Program-made: the position numbers and the translations under genes
Notes under the pieces: generated by a model
What the model was told of the DNA's origin: nothing
Databases searched by the model: none
The model's input: only the letters and a program-made list of their open reading frames with translations
Source of the DNA: a virus
Lineage: Duplodnaviria > Caudoviricetes
Reading direction: 5' to 3' (one strand)
Length of the DNA stretch: 25,437 bases
IMG/VR virus record: IMGVR_UViG_3300030376_005910
Coordinates: 1 to 25,437 of that record
In this document: positions 18,228 to 25,437 of the stretch, one piece after another
How positions within the stretch are numbered: position 1 is the first letter of the stretch
Layout of the letters: the number at the start of each line of letters is the position of its first letter

Positions 18228-18382
18228 TTCTTTTTCTTATGTAGTAATAACCATTTGTGAACAGTATAACCTATAGTTAGAGATAACAATAGTATTTCTA
18301 ATGTAGGTTCTATCCAGTTTAAACTAGCTAAAGTAAATGAAGATGCATTTAATAAATACAACTTCAAGTCTTGCGTACCCAT
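18224..18382 (-). CDS. Probable holin (52 aa; not in ORF track)
   Basis: MGTQDLKLYLLNASSFTLASLNWIEPTLEILLLSLTIGYTVHKWLLLHKKKK*; hydrophobic with a basic C-tail, ATGA-coupled to the endolysin. Confidence 0.7.
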   Translation of the reverse strand: MGTQDLKLYLLNASSFTLASLNWIEPTLEILLLSLTIGYTVHKWLLLHKKKK

Positions 18383-18534
18383 TATTTCTGAGCGTTGAGA
18401 ACTGGGTTACCTTTATATGGTAGCATATTCTCTATGCCTGGTATATTTTTTTTGTTTTTGCACTCGCAACCACTCATGCAGCCGCAGCTTAGCATTTTTC
18501 CAGCTGGTTGTTGATATTCTCCGTAACTTGGCAT
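18382..18534 (-). CDS. Small Cys-cluster protein (50 aa; not in ORF track)
   Basis: MPSYGEYQQPAGKMLSCGCMSGCECKNKKNIPGIENMLPYKGNPVLNAQK*; TAATG-coupled to the holin. Confidence 0.7.
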   Translation of the reverse strand: MPSYGEYQQPAGKMLSCGCMSGCECKNKKNIPGIENMLPYKGNPVLNAQK

Positions 18535-18540
18535 AATTAT

Positions 18541-19122
18541 TTATTTTTTTAGTATTTCAAAATCTTCACCTGTTATTTCACCATCTTTATTAGCATCAAT
18601 CTTGTATTGATCACCTTTTAAAGTTAATGCAGCAGGTATGCCGTTCATGGCTAAAGCATTCATCTTTTTATTTTCATTATATTGTTTAGCGCTCATATTA
18701 TGCGCTACAGTTCCTTGCATTTGCGTTAAGGCTTTTGGGCTTGAGCTATATTTGTTTACCAAATCTTCATTAGGATAAATTTCTTGGTTCATCATGCTTA
18801 ACTCATTCTCCATCGCTTTACCTCTAGTATCAAAACCTGTACTTATTTCTTTTTGTTTTTTTGCCTTTTTAGCCTGTTCATCAGCTGTTACCCCTCCATA
18901 AATAGCTCCACCTACAACACCTACAGCCATACCAACGGGGCCAAGTGAAGAACCCATAGCTAAACCTTGTGCTGCACTTGAGGCAATCATATTTGTTTGA
19001 TAGTTTTTAGCTAATGGGTCAGACGTATCTAAAAAACCTGAAGTTTCTTGAGCTATTCCACCCATCGCGCTTAACTGCTGGGGAGTTAGTTGATTAATTG
19101 GACTATTTGTCTCTGTTGGCAT
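18541..19122 (-). CDS. Glycine-zipper protein with C-terminal EF-hand-like motif
   Basis: AAQGLAMGSSLGPVGMAVGVVGGAIYGGV; C-terminal KIDANKDGEITGEDFEIL. Confidence 0.7.
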   Translation of the reverse strand: MPTETNSPINQLTPQQLSAMGGIAQETSGFLDTSDPLAKNYQTNMIASSAAQGLAMGSSLGPVGMAVGVVGGAIYGGVTADEQAKKAKKQKEISTGFDTRGKAMENELSMMNQEIYPNEDLVNKYSSSPKALTQMQGTVAHNMSAKQYNENKKMNALAMNGIPAALTLKGDQYKIDANKDGEITGEDFEILKK

Positions 19123-19531
19123 AATCTATTGCTTTTGTTATTACTTTGTAACTATATCTATTACTTTTTTCTAATTTAGCTGTAGGCATTTCTTCTTCGC
19201 CTAACATAATACGATACATCCTACTAATTAGCTGTTTGCACTTATAGGATACTTTATATATATGATATTTTTGAGTGGTGCGGTTTCTTTTCCTCCACAC
19301 TATAATCCACCCTTGTTTCAATAATCTGTTCCAGCGCCTGTTATCCCAGCTAAATGAGTACGTACCTTTTATAAAATCATCTTTAGTAAACATATCTATA
19401 GCATCTAAATAAATTAGTAGCTCTAGATCTGCATCTGTTAATTCATTAGTCTTACAAGCCCACTTTCTTATTATCCTATAATGCTTAAGTAAACCTAGTT
19501 CTTTTAAATCACCAGATGTTAACCTTCTCAT
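19103..19531 (-). CDS. Probable winged-helix (MarR-like) DNA-binding protein
   Basis: LTDADLELLIYL...FTKDDF...RLLKQGWI......HIYKVSYKCKQLI fits a wHTH pattern. Confidence 0.55.
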   Translation of the reverse strand: MRRLTSGDLKELGLLKHYRIIRKWACKTNELTDADLELLIYLDAIDMFTKDDFIKGTYSFSWDNRRWNRLLKQGWIIVWRKRNRTTQKYHIYKVSYKCKQLISRMYRIMLGEEEMPTAKLEKSNRYSYKVITKAIDYANRDK

Positions 19532-19788
19532 AAAATAATAACTACGTCATGTTCTTTAATGACTTTATAGTTTTCTTTATTTATTTCAATATTAAATCCA
19601 GCTGCTTTGTCATAATAAACTTCATCACCTTTTTTTAATACTTCTACATCAGAGCCAGGTTCTACAACCTTAGCTCTTCTGTATCTTATATCTTCTCTCT
19701 GCTTTTCAGCTAGAATTAAACCTCCTTTTGTAGTCGTATCAGTTTCTTTGATAGGATCTATAACTATATACTTACCTACTGCTTTCAT
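19528..19788 (-). CDS. groES: Co-chaperonin GroES
   Basis: MKAVGKYIVI, mobile loop TTKGGLIL, LKKGDEVYY, YKVIKEHDVVIIL; ATGA-coupled to groEL. Confidence 0.93.
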   Translation of the reverse strand: MKAVGKYIVIDPIKETDTTTKGGLILAEKQREDIRYRRAKVVEPGSDVEVLKKGDEVYYDKAAGFNIEINKENYKVIKEHDVVIIL

Positions 19789-21329
19789 GCTCTCACGTTA
19801 TTGATTACACAATCAGTTGATAATATAGTTGTAGCTACTGAAGCTGCGTTTGTTAATGCACTCTTAGTAACTAACAAAGGATCTATAATTCCGGCTTTTA
19901 CCATATCCACCGTATTTCCTGTAACCACGTCTAATCCTTTACCTTCTTCAAGCTTTTTTAATTCTTCAACCCCTGCATTTTTTAATATTAATTCATAAGG
20001 TCTTCTTATAGCTTGATATAATACTTCCTCACCTATACAAGTTGGTTTCAAATTAAAACTAGCATTTAACAAAGCTATACCACCGCCTGGTACTATACCT
20101 TCTTTAATCGCAGCTTTTGTAGCACAAATAGCATCTTCAACTCTATCCCTCTTTTCTTTCAGCTCTATCTCAGAGTTTGCCCCAACTTTAACTGTAGCAA
20201 CCTTAGCTTTTAGCTTAGCTAACCGTTTTTCTAGTCTAACTATAATGTTAGGGTTTTTAGTTTCTTTTATATTCTTTTCCAATAAGGCAATAGTATCTTT
20301 AACTTCAGTATTGTCAGTTAAATCAACTTGCAAAATTGTTTCTTCGTGATTAGTAACAGATTTAATACATGTACCTAAATGTTCTGGTTGTATTATATCC
20401 ATGTCATCACCAAGATCCTCATTAATAAGTGTAGCGCCAGTGACCGCACAAAGATCTGATAATACATCTTTTTTGCTGATTCCATATGTTGGCGCATCTA
20501 TAATGTTGACTTTTATATTACCCTTCTTTTTATTCATAGCAAGCGCGGAAACTACTTGTTGGTCAACATCTGCAATGATAAGAAGACTCTTACCATTTTT
20601 TATAATAAATTCAAGGACCGACTGAATTTTCCTTATGTTGGGTATTTGTGACTCTACAATGAGCACGAGCGGATTATCTAACTCAGCCGTTCCTTTTTCT
20701 ATGTTGGTAATAAAGTGGTTGTTCTTTAGCGCTTGGTCATATTGAACACCCTCTATTAACTCAACGATAGTCTCTGGTTGTTCATTTGTTTCCATCATAA
20801 CAACCCCTGTCTCATTTACTAATCGGAATGCTTCTCCTATGACCTTGCCTAGCTCTTTATCATTATTAGCTGATATAGTAGCTACTTGGTCTATTTTTTT
20901 GCCAGTTACTTTCCTGGACTTTTTGTTTAAATATTTTATAACATTTTTAACACCTGATTCAATACCTTGCTTCATAGTTCTTGGATCATCTAAAAGCGAA
21001 TGCTCATTAGCTTGATCTAGTATTGCTTTAGCTAACACAGTTGCTGTGGTTGTTCCGTCACCTGCATCTGACACTGTTCTTTGAGCTGCTTGTTTAATTA
21101 GCGTGGCTCCGATGTTTTCTAATGGATCTTGCAGCGTAATTGAATTAGCTACCGTTACCCCATCTTTTGTTATTTGTGGTGCACCATTGCTATCTTCTAG
21201 TATAACACATTTACCACTTGCTCCTAAGGTTGAACCTACTGCATTAGTAAGTTTTTCAACCCCAGTTAATACCTGACTCCTAGCATAATCGCCAAAAGTC
21301 AGGTTTTTAACTAACTTTAAATCTTGCAT
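19785..21329 (-). CDS. groEL: Chaperonin GroEL (phage-encoded, divergent)
   Basis: ITKDGVTVA, AGDGTTTATVLA, ATISANND, KDRVEDA-like RDRVEDA, EGIVPGGG and GIIDP motifs. Confidence 0.97.
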   Translation of the reverse strand: MQDLKLVKNLTFGDYARSQVLTGVEKLTNAVGSTLGASGKCVILEDSNGAPQITKDGVTVANSITLQDPLENIGATLIKQAAQRTVSDAGDGTTTATVLAKAILDQANEHSLLDDPRTMKQGIESGVKNVIKYLNKKSRKVTGKKIDQVATISANNDKELGKVIGEAFRLVNETGVVMMETNEQPETIVELIEGVQYDQALKNNHFITNIEKGTAELDNPLVLIVESQIPNIRKIQSVLEFIIKNGKSLLIIADVDQQVVSALAMNKKKGNIKVNIIDAPTYGISKKDVLSDLCAVTGATLINEDLGDDMDIIQPEHLGTCIKSVTNHEETILQVDLTDNTEVKDTIALLEKNIKETKNPNIIVRLEKRLAKLKAKVATVKVGANSEIELKEKRDRVEDAICATKAAIKEGIVPGGGIALLNASFNLKPTCIGEEVLYQAIRRPYELILKNAGVEELKKLEEGKGLDVVTGNTVDMVKAGIIDPLLVTKSALTNAASVATTILSTDCVINNVRA

Positions 21330-21362
21330 TTAATTTAATTTAATATAATTGATTTGAATACT

Positions 21363-21653
21363 TTACTCGAAGGTTTTTACTACTTTCGGTCCTTTGGTAA
21401 ACTCTAGCTTTTTAGCATAATGTTCAATAGAAGCATCTATCGCTTGCTCTGCTCCAGCTATTGTTTCTCTTCTGGTAACATCGATCCAATCATCTGAATC
21501 GACAGCTTTATATTCGGTTTGTAAAAATCCATTAGGTAATTGTACTATTCTCCAGTTTTTCTTCTGTGAGATATGTTTCCAGTACTTAATGGTTTCTTCG
21601 TTTGGTTGTGGTGCACTATTCCACGTATTAGTGCGGGTATATAAAAACGTCAT
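21363..21653 (-). CDS. Hypothetical phage protein (96 aa)
   Basis: Clean ORF with an A-rich leader, first gene after the candidate promoter and upstream of groEL. Confidence 0.8.
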   Translation of the reverse strand: MTFLYTRTNTWNSAPQPNEETIKYWKHISQKKNWRIVQLPNGFLQTEYKAVDSDDWIDVTRRETIAGAEQAIDASIEHYAKKLEFTKGPKVVKTFE

Positions 21654-21681
21654 TGTATTTGGTTTTAAGTTAAACGTTGGT

Positions 21682-21700
21682 TATTATATACTATCACTTG
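21682..21700 (-). promoter_or_regulatory. Candidate phage late-promoter motif, copy 2 (CAAGTGATAGTATATAATA)
   Basis: 14/19 identical to copy 3; ends 28 nt before the ATG at 21653. Confidence 0.5.
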
Positions 21701-21721
21701 ATAGTTCGGTTATTTAATATT

Positions 21722-23764
21722 TTATGATGCGTGTGTTACTAAAGCGTTTATTGTTCCACCTAAAGCCCAATTTCCACCGCCTTCTCCACCTGACACCCAA
21801 GTTTGGTTAGATAATGGATAATAAACTTTATTAGTTGAACCACTACCAAAAAGACTAAACAATTGTACGTACCCAGGTAAAGAAGTATCTCTACCTACTC
21901 TTCCTCCATTAATAGGATAAGCCCAAGTTAAAGGTTGTTCTGGAGATTCACTTGTTGTTATTGTTAAACTACCATTACAAAGTCCATCGTCTACAATAGT
22001 AGGCGTGTATGTAGATGCTGTAGGCAATCCATATGTAGTAACAGAACCTGCACCTGCAGAAGCTGATCTAGCAAGGAATAAATCTCCTAGTAAAGCTCCA
22101 TTTGATTTTACCGTTCCTGCTATATAAAACTGATAGTACATCATTTCACCAATTCTATACCATTGACAATTATTAGTAGTTATAGTTATTTGAGCTTGGG
22201 TATTTTGAGAAGCGTATGACTGTCCAGAAGAATTAGCTAAAGTAGCATACCAAATGCCACTAGTTGGTGCACTAGCACCAGCAACCCAACTTAGACCACC
22301 ATTTCCGTCAGTTTTCAAAAGCTCATTAGCATTACCTGTATCATCTGGTAAAGTTAAAGTATAGCTAGCATTAGCAGCATGTGGAGGTCCTTTTAATGTT
22401 ATACCATGAGAATTTTGATCACAGTTAAACTTTATTTGTCCTGCTCCTCTACCAACACCACCTGTTAAAACAACCACACCTGATCCTGATGGATTTGGGT
22501 CTAGTAAAATATCTGAGTTACCAGTAGAAGTACCTATTGTTAGAGCACTTGCTTTGCTTATGTTCCCAGCAAATGTAGCATGTTGATTTGAGTCTAGTGT
22601 TAAAGCTACTGTAGTTCCACCGCTTAATAGCTCTAAAGATGTACTATTCGTTCTAATACCTCCTTTTTGAGCTCCACTTACCGCAAAACCAATATCAGGA
22701 TTTCCATTTGTAGCATTTATTAGTAATTCCGTTTGATTATTCCCTACAACTTCCATCATTGGATTTGAAGATGTTCTAGATCCCGCACCTACAACAACTC
22801 CTCCAGTACTACTAGTTGGATCAAAATATAAATTATAACCTTCTATGGTTATTGTTCTATTTCCAGCTAATGCGCCATCTGCAGAATATATATTACTGCC
22901 GCTAGTAACAGTTTGCCATGTTCCGTCTTTTCTTAAAAATTGATTACCATGAGTAGCATTACCTGTTAAAACTAAACCAGCAGCATAACTATTACCACTA
23001 CCCATAATATCATAAGTAGTATTTGTTGGTGTTACCCAAGTAGCATCACCACGTAGAAAAGTTGTATTAGATCCACCTAAAGGTACATGTCCTTCATTAG
23101 ATCCTCCTGCATATCTAGCTGATGTTGCAACAACATTACCTGTAGTTGGAGTAATTATTAACGGTGCACCAGAAGAAGCTGGTATAACACCACCTGCTGT
23201 TACTTGGCCAACATTACCACTGCCAGGTGAAGGAGTATTTATCCATGACAATTGACCAGCATTATCTGATTGCAATATTTGAGTGCTACCTGGAGCAGCG
23301 CTAGGAAATTTTAAAGTATAATCAGCGCCACCAGAGTGAGCTGGACCTTCTAAAGTAAGTGCATGTGCATTTTCTTCACAGTTTAATTTTAACCTACCTG
23401 CAGGATTATTACTTCCTTGACCTTTAACATCTATAGTGTGTTTAACAGCTAAAGTGTTCGCGGTAAAAGTTAAGTCAGCAGATCCACCAAAAGCGCTATT
23501 ATTATTAAACTGTACTGAGTTTAAGGGAGTAGCAGGTGTTCCACCACCACCTGAAGAATTTATAGTAACACTACCAACTCCACTGACTGGATCAATAGTA
23601 ACGTTAGTTCCAGCTATAATCTGCGTAACACCAGAAGATTCGCCACCTGGCAAGCTAGATACTTTTACTTGTTTAGTCTTATTACTGTCTGCAGAATCTG
23701 ATATAAGTATTAAATCGTCATTAGCTGGAGTAGTTTTTACTGGATATGTATATATTATAGCCAT
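21722..23764 (-). CDS. Fibre-like virion protein (tail fibre/spike)
   Basis: Gly/Ser/Thr-rich with fibre motifs GVTQIIAGTNVTI.P..G.G.VTIN, SVQFNNN.AFGG, FLRGDATW/FLRKDGTW and two YTL.(F/L)P.......L..D..G.LSW modules. Confidence 0.75.
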   Translation of the reverse strand: MAIIYTYPVKTTPANDDLILISDSADSNKTKQVKVSSLPGGESSGVTQIIAGTNVTIDPVSGVGSVTINSSGGGGTPATPLNSVQFNNNSAFGGSADLTFTANTLAVKHTIDVKGQGSNNPAGRLKLNCEENAHALTLEGPAHSGGADYTLKFPSAAPGSTQILQSDNAGQLSWINTPSPGSGNVGQVTAGGVIPASSGAPLIITPTTGNVVATSARYAGGSNEGHVPLGGSNTTFLRGDATWVTPTNTTYDIMGSGNSYAAGLVLTGNATHGNQFLRKDGTWQTVTSGSNIYSADGALAGNRTITIEGYNLYFDPTSSTGGVVVGAGSRTSSNPMMEVVGNNQTELLINATNGNPDIGFAVSGAQKGGIRTNSTSLELLSGGTTVALTLDSNQHATFAGNISKASALTIGTSTGNSDILLDPNPSGSGVVVLTGGVGRGAGQIKFNCDQNSHGITLKGPPHAANASYTLTLPDDTGNANELLKTDGNGGLSWVAGASAPTSGIWYATLANSSGQSYASQNTQAQITITTNNCQWYRIGEMMYYQFYIAGTVKSNGALLGDLFLARSASAGAGSVTTYGLPTASTYTPTIVDDGLCNGSLTITTSESPEQPLTWAYPINGGRVGRDTSLPGYVQLFSLFGSGSTNKVYYPLSNQTWVSGGEGGGNWALGGTINALVTHAS

Positions 23765-24024
23765 TATTTCTTTTTTCTTTTAGTTTTCTTACCTTCTTTT
23801 TTAGTTCCATTGCCGTCATTGCCTCTATTTCGCTTAACGGATTCAAATTTCTTATCTTCATGGTCATAGTCTTTACCTTTTAACCATGATTTACCATGTT
23901 TTTTAGCTGCAGCACGTCTTTTACGCTGATTCTCTGCTTTTTTCTTACGCCTAGCTGGAGTTTTAGCAGCTTTTAAATCTCTTTTAGCCTTGTCTCTTTT
24001 GGCTTTTGGTGATAAATAAGGCAT
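23764..24024 (-). CDS. Very basic small protein with degenerate HNH-like motif
   Basis: Lys/Arg-rich; KGKDYDH...S...NRG resembles a shortened HNH core. Confidence 0.5.
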   Translation of the reverse strand: MPYLSPKAKRDKAKRDLKAAKTPARRKKKAENQRKRRAAAKKHGKSWLKGKDYDHEDKKFESVKRNRGNDGNGTKKEGKKTKRKKK

Positions 24025-24025
24025 T

Positions 24026-24628
24026 TTAAGGATTTACTTGCTTACAACCACCTTTAGCCGTGCAAAAACTTTGATTACTACCAGCCCCTGGTGCTCTTTC
24101 CCCTGTAGTTCCGCTTGGTTCGTCAATTATGTTAACAAAACCAAACCCATACCTATTTTTAATTTTATTTTTCACACCACCTGTGCCTCCTTCTTTGTCT
24201 TTCCACTTTGCTTTTAAACGGTCTGAAACACCTTTACCTTTGAAAGAAGGTTTAGCTTCTTTTATAGCTTCACGCATTTGCCTCCACATTGATTTTTCAT
24301 CCCTAGCTTTAGCAGCTACATTACCCATTTTTCTAGTGTAATCAAGATTTAACTCTTTTGATACTATGTTACCAGTTGGGTTACCTTCTCTACCAACTTT
24401 AAAATATTGAGACGTATTTTGGCCTTCTGGTTTAAGTCTTTCCATCGTGTAAAATATATTATCTCCACTAGGTTTCGATGCTAATTCATCTTTAAGTCTA
24501 TCTATCTTAACTTGCTTAGCCTCTTTAATGGCTCTCTTAGGATTTTTAATAACATTTATCAATCCTTTAGATTCTAATACTTCTCCAAACGGGGTTTGTC
24601 CTCTTCCTGGTTGCTGCTCGTATGCCAT
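24026..24628 (-). CDS. Basic hypothetical protein (200 aa)
   Basis: Clean ORF in operon-like spacing; no recognised family. Confidence 0.7.
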   Translation of the reverse strand: MAYEQQPGRGQTPFGEVLESKGLINVIKNPKRAIKEAKQVKIDRLKDELASKPSGDNIFYTMERLKPEGQNTSQYFKVGREGNPTGNIVSKELNLDYTRKMGNVAAKARDEKSMWRQMREAIKEAKPSFKGKGVSDRLKAKWKDKEGGTGGVKNKIKNRYGFGFVNIIDEPSGTTGERAPGAGSNQSFCTAKGGCKQVNP

Positions 24629-24638
24629 TATCTTTTAA

Positions 24639-25058
24639 TTAAAAGCCCATGTAGGTTCTATTAAGGTGTTTATAAACCTCTTTACTTTGTTTTTTTATAC
24701 TGAGTATATCAGGACCGCTGTATGTTGTAGATTTAGGATCAAGTATCATTGCATTTTTCTCATTTCCCCTAACTAATGTGTTTCTTGAGAGTTCATTGTC
24801 ATCAGAATCAAAGAAACTTCTATTTTGCTTATATAAATCTATATTACTTTTATAATCAGATTTAGGTACATTAAATGTAGTAACTGTAACATCCTTCCCT
24901 CTAGTCTTCTTACTCTTAGACTTTGACCCCTTAGCAATGTTTGACAATGAGTAATCACTTAGCTCTGGATAACCAGGTCCTTGTATCACCGTCGCCTTCT
25001 TTGTTTTTTCCTTTTTTACAGGTCCTATGTACTTTAATGATGATTGATCGTATGCCAT
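24639..25058 (-). CDS. Basic hypothetical protein (139 aa)
   Basis: First ORF of the minus-strand run, preceded by an A-rich leader and the candidate promoter motif. Confidence 0.7.
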   Translation of the reverse strand: MAYDQSSLKYIGPVKKEKTKKATVIQGPGYPELSDYSLSNIAKGSKSKSKKTRGKDVTVTTFNVPKSDYKSNIDLYKQNRSFFDSDDNELSRNTLVRGNEKNAMILDPKSTTYSGPDILSIKKQSKEVYKHLNRTYMGF

Positions 25059-25084
25059 AATTAATTTTTTGTCTTAATTTAGTA

Positions 25085-25103
25085 TATTACATAGAATTAC
25101 TCG
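25085..25103 (-). promoter_or_regulatory. Candidate phage late-promoter motif, copy 3 (CGAGTAATTCTATGTAATA)
   Basis: 14/19 identical to copy 2; ends 26 nt before the ATG at 25058. Confidence 0.5.
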
Positions 25104-25143
25104 TTTTTACCTATTACGATGTATAATTGTAAATAGCAAAAGT

Positions 25144-25189
25144 GTGACAATAGCCTGTTACTAGGCTAGGTATAACGGCCTAATGTCAC
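25144..25189. repeat. Long imperfect inverted repeat/hairpin
   Basis: GTGACA-A-TAG-C-CTGTTA-(12 nt)-TAACGG-C-CTA-A-TGTCAC; an alternative inner stem is TAGCCT/AGGCTA. Confidence 0.6.
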
Positions 25190-25234
25190 TGTTTTTATTA
25201 GAAATATAGGAGTATAGGGCTGTACCCTATCTAT

Positions 25235-25307
25235 CTGATTATCAGCCAGTTACAAAATAGATTTGATAAATGCCAGCCCCCTATGTTATTGATTATCAAC
25301 GCGTTAT
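25235..25307 (+). promoter_or_regulatory. Two direct-repeat sites matching the IHF consensus WATCARNNNNTTR
   Basis: cTGATTATCAGccaGTTAc (core 25240-25252) and tTGATTATCAAcgcGTTAt (core 25294-25306), 54 nt apart. Confidence 0.55.
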
Positions 25308-25437
25308 GTTTTGCCTTTTTGTTTTAATTTATATAAATATGTCTAAGTATTGACATAAAGTAACAAACTATGTATAGCATTTTACAAAGTAAATACGATG
25401 TACAGTGGATAATATAAATGTAAACAAAATAAATAAA

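Noticed and set aside
914-24341. Other plus-strand ORFs in the track (914, 3291, 4591, 10178, 10394, 12434, 15380, 17277, 17773, 17972, 19801, 20401, 23436, 24129)
   Set aside because: All lie antisense to well-supported minus-strand genes and show no recognisable motifs.
25350-25380. Sigma70-like promoter TTGACA-N17-TATAGC on the plus strand
   Set aside because: Weak -10 in a very AT-rich tract, the likely host uses a different consensus, and the downstream gene is outside the window.
1-25437. Stop-codon reassignment explaining the split genes
   Set aside because: The junction stops are TAA, the dominant terminator here. TGA and TAG also end credible genes, and long genes translate cleanly in the standard code.
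25104-25437. tRNA gene in the non-coding region
   Set aside because: No cloverleaf or T-loop GTTC motif is evident.

Overview
AT-rich segment of a tailed dsDNA phage genome, most likely a marine Bacteroidota/Flavobacteriia-infecting type (inferred from A/T-rich leaders largely without Shine-Dalgarno sites, a T7-type amidase, and Bacteroidota-style Ig-like and BspA repeats). All credible genes are on the minus strand and form a late/structural region. Read right to left it contains: a structured non-coding region with two IHF-consensus sites, small basic proteins, a fibre protein, GroEL-GroES, a winged-helix protein, a lysis cassette with many mini-ORFs missing from the ORF track, a head-spike-base-like gene, four giant adhesin-like genes (BspA/Ig-like and LamG), a tandem double-GroES gene, TerS, and a TerL that runs off the left edge. 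The most striking signal is in the four adhesin genes. Their boundaries fall inside repeated domains, and each downstream protein carries the pieces missing from the upstream one (a split Ig-like repeat, then two split LamG domains). Domains are also nested inside one another. This suggests a capsid fibre chained together in gene order by inter-protein fold complementation. All family calls come from motif recognition by eye; no searches were run.
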